Assembly (NCBI RefSeq): GCF_029227855.1
Contig: NZ_CP074356.1
Reading direction: 5' to 3' (one strand)
Origin: Escherichia coli
Lineage (GTDB): Bacteria; Pseudomonadota; Gammaproteobacteria; Enterobacterales; Enterobacteriaceae
Length of the DNA: 64,000 nucleotides
Every line of letters starts with the position of its first letter. The first letter of the stretch is position 1. Positions 1-11,780 of this stretch are shown one piece after another. The notes beneath the pieces are model-generated. The model was not told the DNA's origin and did no database searches. It worked only from the letters and a program-made list of their open reading frames with translations. Made by a program: the position numbers and the translations under genes.

Positions 1-1739
1 TCGTTGTACTTCTGCTGTTTCTCGCGGCGACGTTCGGTTTCGCCAATCGCTTTCGCCATTGACGGGGTGATCTTATCGCCGTAGAGAATCGCTTTACCGT
101 TAACGTTACGCGCCGCACGACCAATAGTCTGGATCAACGAACGTTCAGAACGCAGGAAGCCTTCTTTGTCGGCGTCGAGGATCGCCACCAGCGACACTTC
201 TGGCATATCCAGACCTTCGCGCAGTAAGTTGATCCCCACCAGCACGTCGAACTCGCCCAGACGCAAGTCGCGGATAATCTCCATACGCTCGACGGTGTCG
301 ATATCGGAGTGAAGATAACGCACGCGCTCGCCGTGTTCTTCGAGATATTCCGTGAGATCTTCCGCCATTCGCTTGGTCAGAGTTGTAACCAGTACGCGTT
401 CGTTAATTGCCGCTCGCTGACGAATCTCCGAAAGAAGATCATCAACCTGTGTCGCCACTGGCCGCACTTCGATAATCGGATCAAGCAATCCGGTTGGACG
501 CACCACCTGATCCACCACATCGCCGCCCGATTTTTCCAGCTCGTAATTACCCGGCGTCGCCGAAACATAGATGGTTTGCGGCGCTAATGCTTCGAACTCT
601 TCAAACTTCAGCGGACGGTTATCCAGCGCTGATGGCAGGCGGAAGCCGTACTCCACCAGCGTCTCTTTACGCGCCCGGTCACCGCGATACATGCCGCCAA
701 TTTGCGGAATGGTGACGTGTGATTCATCGACCACCAGCAGCCCATCGGCAGGCAGGTAATCAAACAGCGTCGGCGGTGGCTCACCCGGTCCACGACCGGA
801 GAGGAAGCGCGAGTAGTTCTCAATCCCGGAACAGTAGCCCAGCTCGTTCATCATCTCCAGATCAAACTGGGTACGCTGGGTCAGCCGCTGCTCTTCAAGC
901 AACTTGTTGTTCTCCAACAGCACTTTGCGTCTGGCGGCCAGTTCTTCTTTGATCTCTTCCATCGCCTGTACGATGCGCTCGCGCGGCGTGACGTAGTGCG
1001 TTTTCGGGTAGATGGTAAAACGTGGAATAGTGGAAACAATCTGCCCGGTGAGCGGGTCAAATAACGACAATCGTTCCACTTCCTCGTCAAACAGCTCCAC
1101 GCGAAGTGCAATGTCATCCGATTCTGCTGGGAAGATATCAATCACCTCACCACGAACGCGGAAAGTACCACGCTGGAATGCCTGATCATTACGAGCGTAT
1201 TGCAGCTCCGCCAGTCGGCGCAGAATCGCGCGCTGATCGATAATCATACCGACCGTGAGATGGAGCATCATCTTGAGATATAAATCAGGATCGCCCAGAC
1301 CATAAATCGCGGAAACAGAGGCCACTACAACCACATCACGCCGCTCCAGCATCGCTTTGGTGGCGGATAAACGCATCTGCTCAATATGTTCGTTAACCGA
1401 GGCATCTTTCTCAATGAAGGTGTCGGAACTCGGTACATAGGCTTCCGGCTGATAGTAGTCGTAGTAGGAGACGAAATATTCCACCGCGTTTTCCGGGAAG
1501 AACTCTTTCATTTCGCCATACAACTGGGCCGCCAGCGTTTTGTTGGGCGCAAGTACCATGGTAGGGCGCTGAAGATCAGCAATGACATTGGCAATGGTGA
1601 AGGTTTTCCCGGAGCCAGTCACGCCAAGTAACGTCTGATGCGCCAGGCCATCTTCCAGCCCCTCTTCGAGACGTCGAATCGCCTCTGGCTGATCGCCAGA
1701 AGGTTTAAAAGCGGAATTCAGTTTGAACGGTTTACTCAT
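1..1739 (-). CDS. uvrB: Excinuclease ABC subunit B (UvrB), partial; 3' end runs off the window start
   Basis: Minus-strand reading frame from the ATG (complement at 1737-1739) begins [21 protein letters not shown] and continues uninterrupted to position 1, where it reads ...[12 protein letters not shown]; matches remembered UvrB. Not in the ORF track because no stop lies in the window. Confidence 0.95.
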
Positions 1740-1815
1740 GAGTCGCTACCTGAAGGAGTTGGGCGGGCAGGTATGTAATTTTACTCGTCGTACTTAATTA
1801 TGCCAACAAATTATA

Positions 1816-1831
1816 CTGGATAAAAAAACAG
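1816..1831. promoter_or_regulatory. LexA (SOS) box in the uvrB promoter region
   Basis: Sequence ctggataaaaaaacag has the CTG-N10-CAG form of a LexA operator and lies about 90 bp upstream of the uvrB start. Confidence 0.75.
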
Positions 1832-2317
1832 TTCCTCACCATAATATTTCTGTTACAGCGTAAACTCCGCTGTCAATCATGAGCAAAATTTACTCTGTGG
1901 CGAGATAAAACTCCGGCCTTACCGGGTTATCCCCAAAGCAACGGCTTTTTTAACATTTGTCAAGATGAGTGATGACAGTTTTATGGCAAGAGATGCCTCT
2001 TCAGTGACTGCCATTGCAATTATCTAACCAGTTAAAAAATAAAAGATATTTCTTTGAGCCGTCTTTAACGCCAATTCGCGTGCAAGCCGCGTATTCTCTC
2101 GCTTGCCTCGTGTTTTCTAACTCTAATACACATGGTTATCCACAGGAATAGTGGATAACTGTCTGCAGCCCCTATCCCCCGCCGCCTGGGCAATTCCCAC
2201 ATTCATCGCATGATGCGGAAGTAAAATTTTTTTCGTGATTATTTTAGAATTTAATTGGTTAAATTGCAGTCAATCGAAGACGCGATCTCGCTCGCAATTT
2301 AACCAAATACAGGATGG

Positions 2318-2995
2318 CTACAACAAGGCAAGGTTTATGTACTTTCCGGTTGCCGCATTTTCTGGATTTTCTGCAAGCCAGGGGATCTCTCCCAGCAGCG
2401 GCGCGGGAATCATGCGGGTGAGCGTGGTCATATATTCAGCGTGACGTTTTCCCGGAGGCGTGACATCATTCGCCACCCAACCCGCCAGAGTCAGCCCGGC
2501 GTGTTGTATTGCCTGTGCCGTCAACATCGCGTGATTAATACAGCCGAGTTTCACACCAACTACCAGTATCACCGGCAGTTGTTCCTGTGTTACCCAATCT
2601 GCAAAAGTGAAAGTGTCAGAAAGCGGCGTAAACCAGCCGCCAGCACCTTCCACTAACACCCAGTCAGCCTGTTGTTCAAGCGCGCGTAATCCGGCGCTCA
2701 TTACCAATGATTCTATCGGCCTGCCCTCTTGTGCGCTGATGATGTGCGGCGAAGTGGGTTCTGCGAAGGTGTAAGGATTTACCGTTGCGTAATCCAGCTG
2801 CAGGCTGCTGTTGCGCTGTAACGCCAGCGCGTCACTATTACGTAAGCCTTCCGGGGTCTTTTCGCTGCCAGAGGCGACCGGTTTATAACCTGCCGTCCGA
2901 TAACCTGCTGCCTTCGCGGCTTGTAAAAGTGCACAACTGGCGACAGTTTTCCCCACTTCGGTATCCGTTCCGGTGACAAAATAACGTTTACTCAC
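2318..2995 (-). CDS. bioD: Dethiobiotin synthetase (BioD)
   Basis: ORF-track protein ...[27 protein letters not shown]... matches BioD; start placed at the GTG (2993-2995) giving MSKRYF, since the ORF track begins two codons earlier at a TTG. Confidence 0.93.
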   Translation of the reverse strand: MSKRYFVTGTDTEVGKTVASCALLQAAKAAGYRTAGYKPVASGSEKTPEGLRNSDALALQRNSSLQLDYATVNPYTFAEPTSPHIISAQEGRPIESLVMSAGLRALEQQADWVLVEGAGGWFTPLSDTFTFADWVTQEQLPVILVVGVKLGCINHAMLTAQAIQHAGLTLAGWVANDVTPPGKRHAEYMTTLTRMIPAPLLGEIPWLAENPENAATGKYINLALL

Positions 2996-3743
2996 GAGCA
3001 ATTACTCCCAAAAAAAGATGATACGTCAGAGGATATCGCCCCTGTTGTTGCGGCCAGGCCAGTTGCAATCGCTGCAACTGCGAACGCGTTAATATTCGTG
3101 GGTCGCGCCCTTTATGAATATGCGTGGCACCGATGCCTTTCAGCGAACGCATGGCACTGAGCGCATCAGCAAACCACAGCGTGATGGGCTGAATATGATG
3201 TTGATAATGCACGCCGTTCAGCGACTGTTCGATTTCATCTGGCGGTAAAAAGCGATTAGCATGCGGGCGCTCGTCCACCGCCTGCCACGCCTGATGTAAT
3301 TCAGGGAGCGATCCCTGCGCCAGCGTGGTAAACGCGACCACGCCTCCGGGGCGCACCACCCTGTATAGCTCGCGGAGTGCCGTGGATAAATTACCGCACC
3401 ACTGCACCGCGAGATTGCTCCATGCAAGATCGAACGTCGCAGTCGCTAACGGCAGGGATTCGATATCTCCCGCCAGATAATGGTCTGCGGCATCTTTATG
3501 GCGGGCTTGCGCAAGCATTGGCGGCGAGAGATCTAACGCCGTCACCTGCGCGTGACGTTCCCGCCAGTGGCGGCTCATCCAGCCAGGTCCACAACCCGCG
3601 TCCAGTACGTGGGTGTATTTACGCTGTGGAAGCATTGCCAGTAAGACGTCAGCACTCTGGCGCTGTAACTCTGCGTGTTGCTCATAGTGCGCGGCTGCCC
3701 GACCAAATGCCGCTGCAATGGCTTGTTTATTAACCGTTGCCAT
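2988..3743 (-). CDS. bioC: Malonyl-ACP O-methyltransferase (BioC)
   Basis: Translation from the internal Met reads [28 protein letters not shown]..., a SAM-methyltransferase matching BioC; start trimmed from ORF-track 3782 to 3743; overlaps bioD start and bioF stop as in the bio operon. Confidence 0.9.
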   Translation of the reverse strand: MATVNKQAIAAAFGRAAAHYEQHAELQRQSADVLLAMLPQRKYTHVLDAGCGPGWMSRHWRERHAQVTALDLSPPMLAQARHKDAADHYLAGDIESLPLATATFDLAWSNLAVQWCGNLSTALRELYRVVRPGGVVAFTTLAQGSLPELHQAWQAVDERPHANRFLPPDEIEQSLNGVHYQHHIQPITLWFADALSAMRSLKGIGATHIHKGRDPRILTRSQLQRLQLAWPQQQGRYPLTYHLFLGVIARE

Positions 3744-4884
3744 GCAGCACCTCCAGCAGACGGTCGATATCCTGCATTTCATGCGCGGCGGTTAGTGTTA
3801 AGCGCAGTCGCGCAGTACCAGCAGGTACGGTTGGCGGGCGAATCGCCGTGACCCAGCAGCCTTGCTGGCGCAGTTTTTCTGCCAGTTGTAACGCACGGCT
3901 GTTATCACCAACAATCAATGGCTGGATGGCGCTGCATGAATCAGCAAGCGTAAACGGTAAATCCTGTACTCCGGCACGAAAACGCGTAATGAGTGCCGCC
4001 AGTTTTTCGCGCCGTGCATCACCCTCATCACTGCGAATGACCGCCAGCGATGCACGTAATGCCTGCGCCTGAGCGGGCGGCATACTGGTGCTGTAGATAA
4101 GATGGCGGGCGAATTGCAGCAGATAATCCGCCACCGTATTGGAGCAAAGCACCGCAGCCCCGCTGACGCCAAATCCTTTGCCAAAAGTCACCACCAGCAA
4201 TTCTGGTTTTACCTTTTGCAACCAGCAGGTGCCGCGCCCCTGCTCCCCGATAACGCCCGTGCCGTGGGCATCATCGACCATCAACCAGCCATTGTGCTGT
4301 TGCGTTACCTGCTGGATTTCCGCCAGTGGCGCACTATCGCCGTCCATGCTGAACACGCCTTCTGTCACCACCAGTTGCTGCCCCGGACAGGGGGAAGCAA
4401 GCAGTCGCGCCAGATGAGTAACATCGTTATGAACAAAACGGCGAAGCTGCGCCGGGCTTAAACTGGCAGCTTCCAGCAATGAGGCGTGACTCAGCCGATC
4501 GGCAACAATACGGTCCTCTTTCGCCGTCATCGCGGTAATAACTGCCTGGTTAGCGGCAAAACCAGAGATAAACAGCAGTGCCCGCGAATAGCCCAGCCAC
4601 TCGGCCAGTTCTTCTTCCAGCGCCTGATGCGCCACGCTATAACCGCTGACGTGACCGGAACCGCCGCTACCGACGCCAAATTGCTCCGCACTCTGCTTCC
4701 AGGCACGGATAATTTGCGGATGATGGCTTAAACCTAAATAATCGTTACTGGAAAAGTTCAGATACTGGCGATCGTCCGCCACCAGCCAGCGTCCGGCCCC
4801 TTGCGCCACTGGATAACGGCGACGCAGGGCATCGGCAGCACGCCGCGCATCGAGCGCCGCGTTGATTTTATCCTGCCAGCTCAT
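3730..4884 (-). CDS. bioF: 8-amino-7-oxononanoate synthase (BioF)
   Basis: 384 aa [55 protein letters not shown]..., PLP-dependent acyltransferase matching BioF. Confidence 0.95.
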   Translation of the reverse strand: MSWQDKINAALDARRAADALRRRYPVAQGAGRWLVADDRQYLNFSSNDYLGLSHHPQIIRAWKQSAEQFGVGSGGSGHVSGYSVAHQALEEELAEWLGYSRALLFISGFAANQAVITAMTAKEDRIVADRLSHASLLEAASLSPAQLRRFVHNDVTHLARLLASPCPGQQLVVTEGVFSMDGDSAPLAEIQQVTQQHNGWLMVDDAHGTGVIGEQGRGTCWLQKVKPELLVVTFGKGFGVSGAAVLCSNTVADYLLQFARHLIYSTSMPPAQAQALRASLAVIRSDEGDARREKLAALITRFRAGVQDLPFTLADSCSAIQPLIVGDNSRALQLAEKLRQQGCWVTAIRPPTVPAGTARLRLTLTAAHEMQDIDRLLEVLHGNG

Positions 4885-5921
4885 AGCGCTGCCGCGTTGT
4901 AATATTCGTCAGTGTCCGGGGTCATCAGTGCCTGCTCCAGACGCTGCTGTTGTTCGTTATCCCCTGCCAGCACGGCAGTTTGCTGCGGATTTAGCCCCAG
5001 TTTGCGGAACAGTTGCAGGTCTTTATCTTCTTCCGGATTCGGCGTGGTTAGCAGTTTGCAACCGTAGAAAATCGAGTTAGCCCCGGCCATAAAGCACATC
5101 GCCTGAGTCTGTTCATTCATCTGCTCGCGTCCGGCAGAAAGGCGCACGTATGAGGTCGGCATCATGATCCGCGCTACGGCAATGGTGCGAATAAAATCAA
5201 AGGCATCGACATCATCGTTATCCGCCAGCGGTGTGCCTTTCACCTTCACCAGCATGTTGATTGGCACGCTTTCCGGCGGCGTCGGCAGGTTTGCCAGTTG
5301 CAGTAATAATCCGGCGCGATCTTTCACCGTTTCGCCTAAGCCCACAATGCCACCTGAGCAGACTTTGATCCCGGCATCGCGCACTTTTTCCAGCGTATCA
5401 AGGCGTTCCTGATAAGTGCGTGTGGTGATGATATTGCCGTAAAACTCCGGCGAGGTGTCGAGGTTGTGGTTGTAGTAATCCAGCCCGGCGTTCGCAAGGC
5501 GCTGCGCCTGAGATTCACTCAACGTACCCAGCGTCATACACGCCTCCAGCCCCATCGCTTTTACTCCCTGCACCATTTGTTCCAGGTAGGGCATATCGCG
5601 TTCGTGGGGATTCTTCCACGCCGCGCCCATGCAGAAGCGCGTCGATCCTGCCGCTTTCGCTTTGCGCGCCGACTCCAGCACCTGTTCAACTTCCATCAAC
5701 CGCTCGGCTTCCAGCCCGGTTTTGTAGCGCGAGCTTTGCGGGCAGTATTTGCAATCTTCCGGACAAGCTCCGGTCTTAATTGACAGCAAAGTGCTGACCT
5801 GCACCTGACGTGGATCGAAATGCTGACGATGCACCTGCTGCGCTTCAAACAGCAGATCCAGCAACGGTTTTTCAAATAATTCTGTGACTTGCGACAATGT
5901 CCAGCGTGGGCGGTGAGCCAT
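4881..5921 (-). CDS. bioB: Biotin synthase (BioB), radical SAM
   Basis: 346 aa [67 protein letters not shown]... with the CxxxCxxC radical-SAM motif; matches BioB. Confidence 0.96.
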   Translation of the reverse strand: MAHRPRWTLSQVTELFEKPLLDLLFEAQQVHRQHFDPRQVQVSTLLSIKTGACPEDCKYCPQSSRYKTGLEAERLMEVEQVLESARKAKAAGSTRFCMGAAWKNPHERDMPYLEQMVQGVKAMGLEACMTLGTLSESQAQRLANAGLDYYNHNLDTSPEFYGNIITTRTYQERLDTLEKVRDAGIKVCSGGIVGLGETVKDRAGLLLQLANLPTPPESVPINMLVKVKGTPLADNDDVDAFDFIRTIAVARIMMPTSYVRLSAGREQMNEQTQAMCFMAGANSIFYGCKLLTTPNPEEDKDLQLFRKLGLNPQQTAVLAGDNEQQQRLEQALMTPDTDEYYNAAAL

Positions 5922-5964
5922 GGGGCTTCTCCAAAACGTGTTTTTTGTTGTTAATTCGGTGTAG

Positions 5965-6004
5965 ACTCGTAAACCTAAATCTTTTCAATTTGGTTTACAA
6001 GTCG
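5965..6004. promoter_or_regulatory. bio operator (BirA binding site) in the divergent bioA/bioBFCD promoter
   Basis: Imperfect palindrome cgtaaacctaaatcttttcaatttggtttacaag (TGTAAACC ... GGTTTACA half-sites) sits between the divergent bioB and bioA starts. Confidence 0.8.
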
Positions 6005-6007
6005 ATT

Positions 6008-7297
6008 ATGACAACGGACGATCTTGCCTTTGACCAACGCCATATCTGGCACCCATACACATCCATGACCTCCCCGCTACCGGTTTATCCGGTGGCGAGC
6101 GCCGAAGGTTGCGAGCTAATTTTGTCTGACGGCAGACGCCTGGTTGACGGTATGTCGTCCTGGTGGGCGGCGATCCACGGCTACAATCACCCGCAGCTTA
6201 ATGCGGCGATGAAGTCGCAAATTGATGCCATGTCGCATGTGATGTTTGGTGGTATCACTCATGCGCCAGCCATTGAGCTGTGCCGCAAACTGGTGGCGAT
6301 GACGCCGCAACCGCTGGAATGCGTTTTTCTCGCGGACTCCGGTTCCGTAGCGGTGGAAGTGGCGATGAAAATGGCGTTGCAGTACTGGCAGGCCAAAGGC
6401 GAAGCGCGCCAGCGTTTTCTGACCTTCCGCAATGGTTATCATGGCGATACCTTTGGCGCGATGTCTGTGTGCGATCCGGACAACTCGATGCACAGCCTGT
6501 GGAAAGGCTATCTGCCAGAAAACTTGTTTGCTCCCGCCCCGCAAAGCCGCATGGATGGTGAATGGGATGAACGCGATATGGTGGGCTTTGCCCGCCTGAT
6601 GGCGGCACATCGTCATGAAATCGCCGCCGTGATCATTGAACCGATTGTCCAGGGCGCAGGCGGGATGCGCATCTACCATCCGGAATGGTTAAAACGAATC
6701 CGCAAAATGTGCGATCGCGAAGGTATCTTGCTGATTGCTGACGAGATCGCCACCGGATTTGGTCGTACCGGCAAACTGTTTGCCTGTGAACATGCAGATA
6801 TCGCGCCGGACATTTTGTGCCTCGGTAAAGCCTTAACCGGCGGTACAATGACCCTTTCCGCCACACTCACCACGCGCGAGGTTGCGGAAACCATCAGCAA
6901 CGGCGAAGCCGGTTGCTTTATGCATGGGCCAACTTTTATGGGCAATCCGCTGGCCTGCGCAGCAGCAAACGCCAGCCTGGCGATTCTCGAATCTGGCGAC
7001 TGGCAGCATCAGGTGGCGGCTATTGAAGGGCAGCTACGCGAGCAACTTGCCCCCGCCTGTGACGCCGAAATGGTTGCCGATGTGCGCGTACTGGGGGCAA
7101 TCGGCGTGGTCGAAACCACTCGTCCGGTGAATATGGCGGCGCTGCAAAAATTCTTTGTCGAACAGGGGGTATGGATCCGGCCTTTTGGCAAACTGATTTA
7201 CCTGATGCCGCCCTATATTATTCTCCCGCAACAGTTGCAGCGTCTGACCGCAGCGGTTAATCGTGCGGTGCAGGATGAAACATTTTTTTGCCAATAA
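6008..7297 (+). CDS. bioA: Adenosylmethionine-8-amino-7-oxononanoate aminotransferase (BioA)
   Basis: ORF-track frame 5897..7297 contains [34 protein letters not shown]... from the ATG at 6008; the upstream 37 codons overlap the operator and bioB and are treated as a spurious extension. Confidence 0.95.
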   Translation: MTTDDLAFDQRHIWHPYTSMTSPLPVYPVASAEGCELILSDGRRLVDGMSSWWAAIHGYNHPQLNAAMKSQIDAMSHVMFGGITHAPAIELCRKLVAMTPQPLECVFLADSGSVAVEVAMKMALQYWQAKGEARQRFLTFRNGYHGDTFGAMSVCDPDNSMHSLWKGYLPENLFAPAPQSRMDGEWDERDMVGFARLMAAHRHEIAAVIIEPIVQGAGGMRIYHPEWLKRIRKMCDREGILLIADEIATGFGRTGKLFACEHADIAPDILCLGKALTGGTMTLSATLTTREVAETISNGEAGCFMHGPTFMGNPLACAAANASLAILESGDWQHQVAAIEGQLREQLAPACDAEMVADVRVLGAIGVVETTRPVNMAALQKFFVEQGVWIRPFGKLIYLMPPYIILPQQLQRLTAAVNRAVQDETFFCQ

Positions 7298-7355
7298 CGG
7301 GAAGTCAGCGTGAGGGTTTCTGGCTACACTTTCTGCAAACTAGAAAGGAGGGTTC

Positions 7356-7832
7356 ATGAAACTCATCAGTAATGATCTGCGCGATGGCGATAAGCTGCCG
7401 CATCGTCATGTCTTTAACGGCATGGGTTACGATGGCGATAATATTTCACCGCATCTGGCGTGGGATGATGTTCCTGTGGGAACGAAAAGTTTTGTTGTCA
7501 CCTGCTACGACCCGGATGCGCCAACTGGCTCCGGCTGGTGGCACTGGGTAGTTGTTAATTTACCCGCGGATACCCGCGTATTACCGCAAGGGTTTGGCTC
7601 TGGTCTGGTAGCAATGCCAGACGGCGTTTTGCAGACGCGTACCGACTTTGGTAAAACCGGGTACGATGGTGCAGCGCCGCCGAAAGGCGAAACCCATCGC
7701 TACATTTTTACCGTTCACGCGCTGGATGTAGAACGTATTGATGTCGATGAAGGTGCCAGCGGCGCGATGGTCGGGTTTAACGTCCATTTCCATTCTCTGG
7801 CAAGCGCCTCGATTACTGCGATGTTTAGTTAA
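7356..7832 (+). CDS. ybhB: PEBP/YbhB-family protein (kinase-inhibitor homologue)
   Basis: 158 aa ORF MKLISNDLRDGDKLPHRHVFNGMGYDGDNISPHLAWDD... matches YbhB. Confidence 0.92.
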   Translation: MKLISNDLRDGDKLPHRHVFNGMGYDGDNISPHLAWDDVPVGTKSFVVTCYDPDAPTGSGWWHWVVVNLPADTRVLPQGFGSGLVAMPDGVLQTRTDFGKTGYDGAAPPKGETHRYIFTVHALDVERIDVDEGASGAMVGFNVHFHSLASASITAMFS

Positions 7833-7983
7833 TCACTCTGCCAGATGGCGCTATGCCATCTGGTATCACTTAAAGGTATTAAAAACAACTTTTTGTCTTT
7901 TTACCTTCCCGTTTCGCTCAAGTTAGTATAAAAAAGCAGGCTTCAACGGATTCATTTTTCTATTTCATAGCCCGGAGCAACCT

Positions 7984-9267
7984 GTGAACACATTTTCAGT
8001 TTCCCGTCTGGCGCTGGCATTGGCTTTTGGCGTGACGCTGACCGCCTGTAGCTCAACACCGCCCGATCAACGTCCTTCTGATCAAACCGCGCCTGGTACC
8101 TCTTCTCGCCCGATTCTGTCGGCAAAAGAAGCGCAGAATTTCGATGCTCAACACTATTTTGCATCCCTGACACTAGGTGCGGCAGCGTGGAATCCTTCCC
8201 CGATTACCCTGCCTGCGCAACCTGACTTTGTTGTCGGCCCGGCGGGTACTCAAGGTGTAACGCATACCACGATTCAGGCGGCGGTAGATGCGGCAATTAT
8301 CAAGCGCACCAACAAGCGCCAGTATATTGCCGTGATGCCTGGTGAGTATCAGGGAACGGTGTATGTCCCTGCCGCTCCGGGTGGAATTACTCTGTACGGT
8401 ACAGGTGAAAAACCGATTGATGTGAAGATTGGGCTTTCCCTTGATGGTGGCATGAGCCCTGCCGACTGGCGTCACGACGTCAACCCGCGCGGCAAATATA
8501 TGCCAGGTAAACCGGCGTGGTATATGTACGATAGCTGCCAGAGCAAACGCAGCGACAGTATCGGCGTTCTCTGCTCTGCGGTCTTCTGGTCACAAAACAA
8601 TGGCCTGCAACTGCAAAACCTGACCATCGAAAACACGCTGGGCGATAGCGTAGATGCGGGTAACCATCCGGCGGTGGCACTGCGTACTGATGGTGACCAG
8701 GTACAGATTAACAACGTTAACATTCTCGGTCGTCAGAACACCTTCTTTGTCACCAACAGCGGTGTGCAGAACCGTCTGGAAACGAATCGTCAGCCGCGTA
8801 CTCTGGTGACCAACAGTTACATTGAAGGGGATGTGGATATCGTTTCTGGTCGCGGCGCAGTGGTGTTCGATAATACCGAATTCCGCGTGGTGAACTCACG
8901 TACTCAGCAAGAAGCGTATGTGTTTGCACCGGCTACGCTGTCTAACATCTATTACGGTTTCCTCGCCGTAAACAGCCGTTTCAATGCTTCCGGTGATGGC
9001 GTGGCGCAACTGGGTCGCTCGCTGGATGTTGATGCCAATACCAACGGTCAGGTGGTGATCCGTGATAGCGCCATCAACGAAGGTTTTAACACGGCTAAAC
9101 CGTGGGCCGATGCGGTGATTTCCAATCGTCCGTTTGCGGGTAATACTGGCAACGTTGATGATAACGACGAAGTACAGCGTAATCTGAATGACACTAACTA
9201 CAACCGCATGTGGGAATACAATAACCGCGGCGTGGGTAGCAAAGTGGTTGCAGAGGCGAAGAAGTAA
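7984..9267 (+). CDS. ybhC: Outer-membrane lipoprotein YbhC (pectinesterase-like fold)
   Basis: 427 aa ORF with lipoprotein signal peptide ...LALAFGVTLTAC-SSTPPDQ; GTG start; matches YbhC. Confidence 0.9.
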   Translation: MNTFSVSRLALALAFGVTLTACSSTPPDQRPSDQTAPGTSSRPILSAKEAQNFDAQHYFASLTLGAAAWNPSPITLPAQPDFVVGPAGTQGVTHTTIQAAVDAAIIKRTNKRQYIAVMPGEYQGTVYVPAAPGGITLYGTGEKPIDVKIGLSLDGGMSPADWRHDVNPRGKYMPGKPAWYMYDSCQSKRSDSIGVLCSAVFWSQNNGLQLQNLTIENTLGDSVDAGNHPAVALRTDGDQVQINNVNILGRQNTFFVTNSGVQNRLETNRQPRTLVTNSYIEGDVDIVSGRGAVVFDNTEFRVVNSRTQQEAYVFAPATLSNIYYGFLAVNSRFNASGDGVAQLGRSLDVDANTNGQVVIRDSAINEGFNTAKPWADAVISNRPFAGNTGNVDDNDEVQRNLNDTNYNRMWEYNNRGVGSKVVAEAKK

Positions 9268-9273
9268 AAAAGA

Positions 9274-9338
9274 AAACCCGATAGTCTGAACCATCGGGTT
9301 AATGAAACAGGGCGCTATATTTCATAGCGCCTTTTTTT
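9274..9338. terminator. Pair of convergent intrinsic terminators between ybhC and ybhJ
   Basis: Hairpin aacccgat-N11-atcgggtt preceded by an A-run (terminator read on the minus strand) and hairpin ggcgctat-N5-atagcgcc followed by ttttttt (read on the plus strand). Confidence 0.7.
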
Positions 9339-11598
9339 ACATCTGACGGTTTTTATTGAAATTAATCAAACTACCCGCCTTGATAATCTCGCGCTCTTCA
9401 GCAGTCAGACTTTCCATATAGAGCGTAATCTCTGTTACCGGCGCATCTTCATGGATCACATAACCTTTAAACGTCGTACCCGGATTATCCAGCGCCGCTT
9501 TAATGCCAGGGATGTAAATGTAATCCCCCACTTCAAACGTTGGTGCTTCCGCCATTTGCAGCGGTAACATCCCCCAGTTGATGACGTTAGAACGGTAGCG
9601 TTTAGTCGCGTATTCCTCGGCAATATTCGCCAGACCGCCAATCACACGCTGGCAGCTCGCCGCCTGCTCACGCGCAGAACCATCGCCTGGTTTCACCGCA
9701 TAGACCATGCTGCCAATTTCAGTTTGCAGCGGATCAATATGCTCCTGACCAGCAATCTGCTTAATGCGCGCAAACACCTCTGTCAGCTCGCTGACATTCC
9801 CCGCCAGACGCTGATTTTCCAGCTCGGCAGTCGCTTTACTTCTGCCAACATAACCTGGATCGCGGCGTGACAGGGTAAACTCCGCCAGACCAATCGGATT
9901 TGAACGATAAGAAGATGTTTCACCGGAAGGAATCAGTTCGTCGGTGGTGGTGACTTCGTCGAGGATCTTCGAGCACACTTTGAGGACGATATTGTCAGTC
10001 AGCGCACCCAATTCCGGCCAGTCTTTAATGTTCGGTCCGTAAATCAGCGGTTGCTGGGTCGCCCCTTTCACAAAGCCCTGATAAACACGGTTTTTATACG
10101 GCGTTACATCGAAGGCGTACTCCGGCACGTTGTCCCAGCAATCGAGTTCGCTGGCAGAAGTTAAATAGCCACCGTTTGCCGCAGTCGCAGCGATAGAACG
10201 AGCGTCCATCAACGCCACCGCTGACATCTGCCCATTAGCTGGCTTAGAGCCTTCGCGGTTCGGGAAGTTACGCGTAGTGTGGCGAATACTTAAACCGTTG
10301 TTGATTGGCGTATCGCCCGCGCCAAAGCATGGGCCGCAGAACGCGGTTCTGATGATTGCGCCTGCGCCAATCAAATCTGCTACCACACCTTTTTTGGCGA
10401 GATCCATAAACACCGGCTGTGATGACGGGTAAACCGCCAGCGAGAAGGTGTCATTGCCACAGGATTGACCGCGCAGTGCATTCGCCGCCGCGATGACGTT
10501 TTCGTAGTTACCGCCAGAACAGCCCGCGATAATCCCCTGCTGCACTTTCAGGCGACCATTTTCCACTTTATCCAGCAGCGAGAGTTTGGCTTTACCGTGC
10601 GCCACGCGTTCGGACTCAATTTCAATCTCACGCAGAATGTCGGTCAGGTTCTGGTTCAGTGTGTCGATTTCATACACGTTGCTCGGGTGGAACGGCAGCG
10701 CAATCATTGGTTTGATAGCGCTTAAATCAACGCTGATGCAGCCATCGTAGTACGCCATCGGTTGAGGGTTAAGCTGGCAGTAATCCTGGCCGCGACCGTG
10801 CAGCGCCAGCCAGTTATGGACTTCTTCATCGGTTTGCCAGACAGAACTTAAACAGGTCGTTTCAGTGGTCATAACGTCAACGCTGTTACGGAAATCGGTA
10901 GAGAGCGCAGCAACACCGGGACCTACGAATTCCATCACTTTGTTTTTGACGTAGCCGTTTTTGAACACCGCGCCGATAATCGCCAGCGCCACATCCTGCG
11001 GACCCACATACGGAGCAGGTTTTCCGGTCAGATGCACCGCAACCACGTCCGGATAGTCGATATCCCATGTGTCATTAAGCAGTTGTTTTACCAGCTCGCC
11101 GCCGCCCTCACCGACTGCCATTGTCCCTAATGCACCGTAACGGGTGTGGCTGTCTGACCCGAGGATCATTTTGCCGCCGCCTGCCATCATTTCACGCATA
11201 TATTGATGGATAACCGCAATATGCGGAGGCACAAAAATACCGCCATAACGCTGCGCTGCCGATAAGCCAAAAATATGGTCATCACCGTTAATGGTGCCGC
11301 CGACGGCGCAGAGTGAGTTATGGCAGTTGGTCAGCACATACGGCAGCGGGAAACGTTCCATACCCGACGCTTTAGCGGTCTGTACAATACCAACAAAGGT
11401 AATATCGTGAGAGGCTAATGAATCAAACTTAATTTTAAGTTTATCCATATTTCCGGACGTATTATGAGAAGAGAGAATAGACCAGGCAATAGTGCCTTTT
11501 TTTGCTTCTTCTTTTTTAATTTCGCCGGTGAAATGTTCTTCGGCAATTATTTCGTTATTACTGGCGAGAAACACGCCTTTTTCAGATAACTTGATCAT
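9337..11598 (-). CDS. ybhJ: Aconitase-family hydratase YbhJ
   Basis: Long minus ORF (761 aa in track) with aconitase-family sequence; start moved to the ATG giving [10 protein letters not shown]..., which has a GGAG ribosome-binding site 6 nt upstream; the track start is an upstream GTG. Confidence 0.88.
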   Translation of the reverse strand: MIKLSEKGVFLASNNEIIAEEHFTGEIKKEEAKKGTIAWSILSSHNTSGNMDKLKIKFDSLASHDITFVGIVQTAKASGMERFPLPYVLTNCHNSLCAVGGTINGDDHIFGLSAAQRYGGIFVPPHIAVIHQYMREMMAGGGKMILGSDSHTRYGALGTMAVGEGGGELVKQLLNDTWDIDYPDVVAVHLTGKPAPYVGPQDVALAIIGAVFKNGYVKNKVMEFVGPGVAALSTDFRNSVDVMTTETTCLSSVWQTDEEVHNWLALHGRGQDYCQLNPQPMAYYDGCISVDLSAIKPMIALPFHPSNVYEIDTLNQNLTDILREIEIESERVAHGKAKLSLLDKVENGRLKVQQGIIAGCSGGNYENVIAAANALRGQSCGNDTFSLAVYPSSQPVFMDLAKKGVVADLIGAGAIIRTAFCGPCFGAGDTPINNGLSIRHTTRNFPNREGSKPANGQMSAVALMDARSIAATAANGGYLTSASELDCWDNVPEYAFDVTPYKNRVYQGFVKGATQQPLIYGPNIKDWPELGALTDNIVLKVCSKILDEVTTTDELIPSGETSSYRSNPIGLAEFTLSRRDPGYVGRSKATAELENQRLAGNVSELTEVFARIKQIAGQEHIDPLQTEIGSMVYAVKPGDGSAREQAASCQRVIGGLANIAEEYATKRYRSNVINWGMLPLQMAEAPTFEVGDYIYIPGIKAALDNPGTTFKGYVIHEDAPVTEITLYMESLTAEEREIIKAGSLINFNKNRQM

Positions 11599-11652
11599 CA
11601 AATGCTCCAGATATCTGCGCACCGAGAAGTGCGCAGAAAGATAATAAATGGA

Positions 11653-11779
11653 TATACTCTAAATAATTCGAGTTGCAGGAAGGCGACAATCGAGTGAATC
11701 CCCAGGAGCTTACATAAGTAAGTGACTGGGGTGAGCGAACGCAGACGCAGCACATGCAACTTGAAGTATGACGAGTATA
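11653..11779. repeat. ERIC (IRU) enterobacterial repetitive intergenic consensus element, 127 bp
   Basis: Contains the two classic ERIC core sequences gtgaatccccaggagcttacat and aagtaagtgactggggtgagcg with flanking inverted ends (agttgcagg ... tgcaactt); sits between the ybhI stop and the ybhJ start. Confidence 0.9.
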
Positions 11780-11780
11780 T

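Noticed and set aside
5897-6007. N-terminal extensions proposed by the ORF track for bioA (and similarly ybhD, ybhA, galE, modF, gpmA, pal, the transporter and the mutase S subunit)
   Set aside because: The extensions overlap operators or neighbouring genes, lack ribosome-binding sites, and the downstream Met gives the known N-terminus; starts were moved to the internal ATG.
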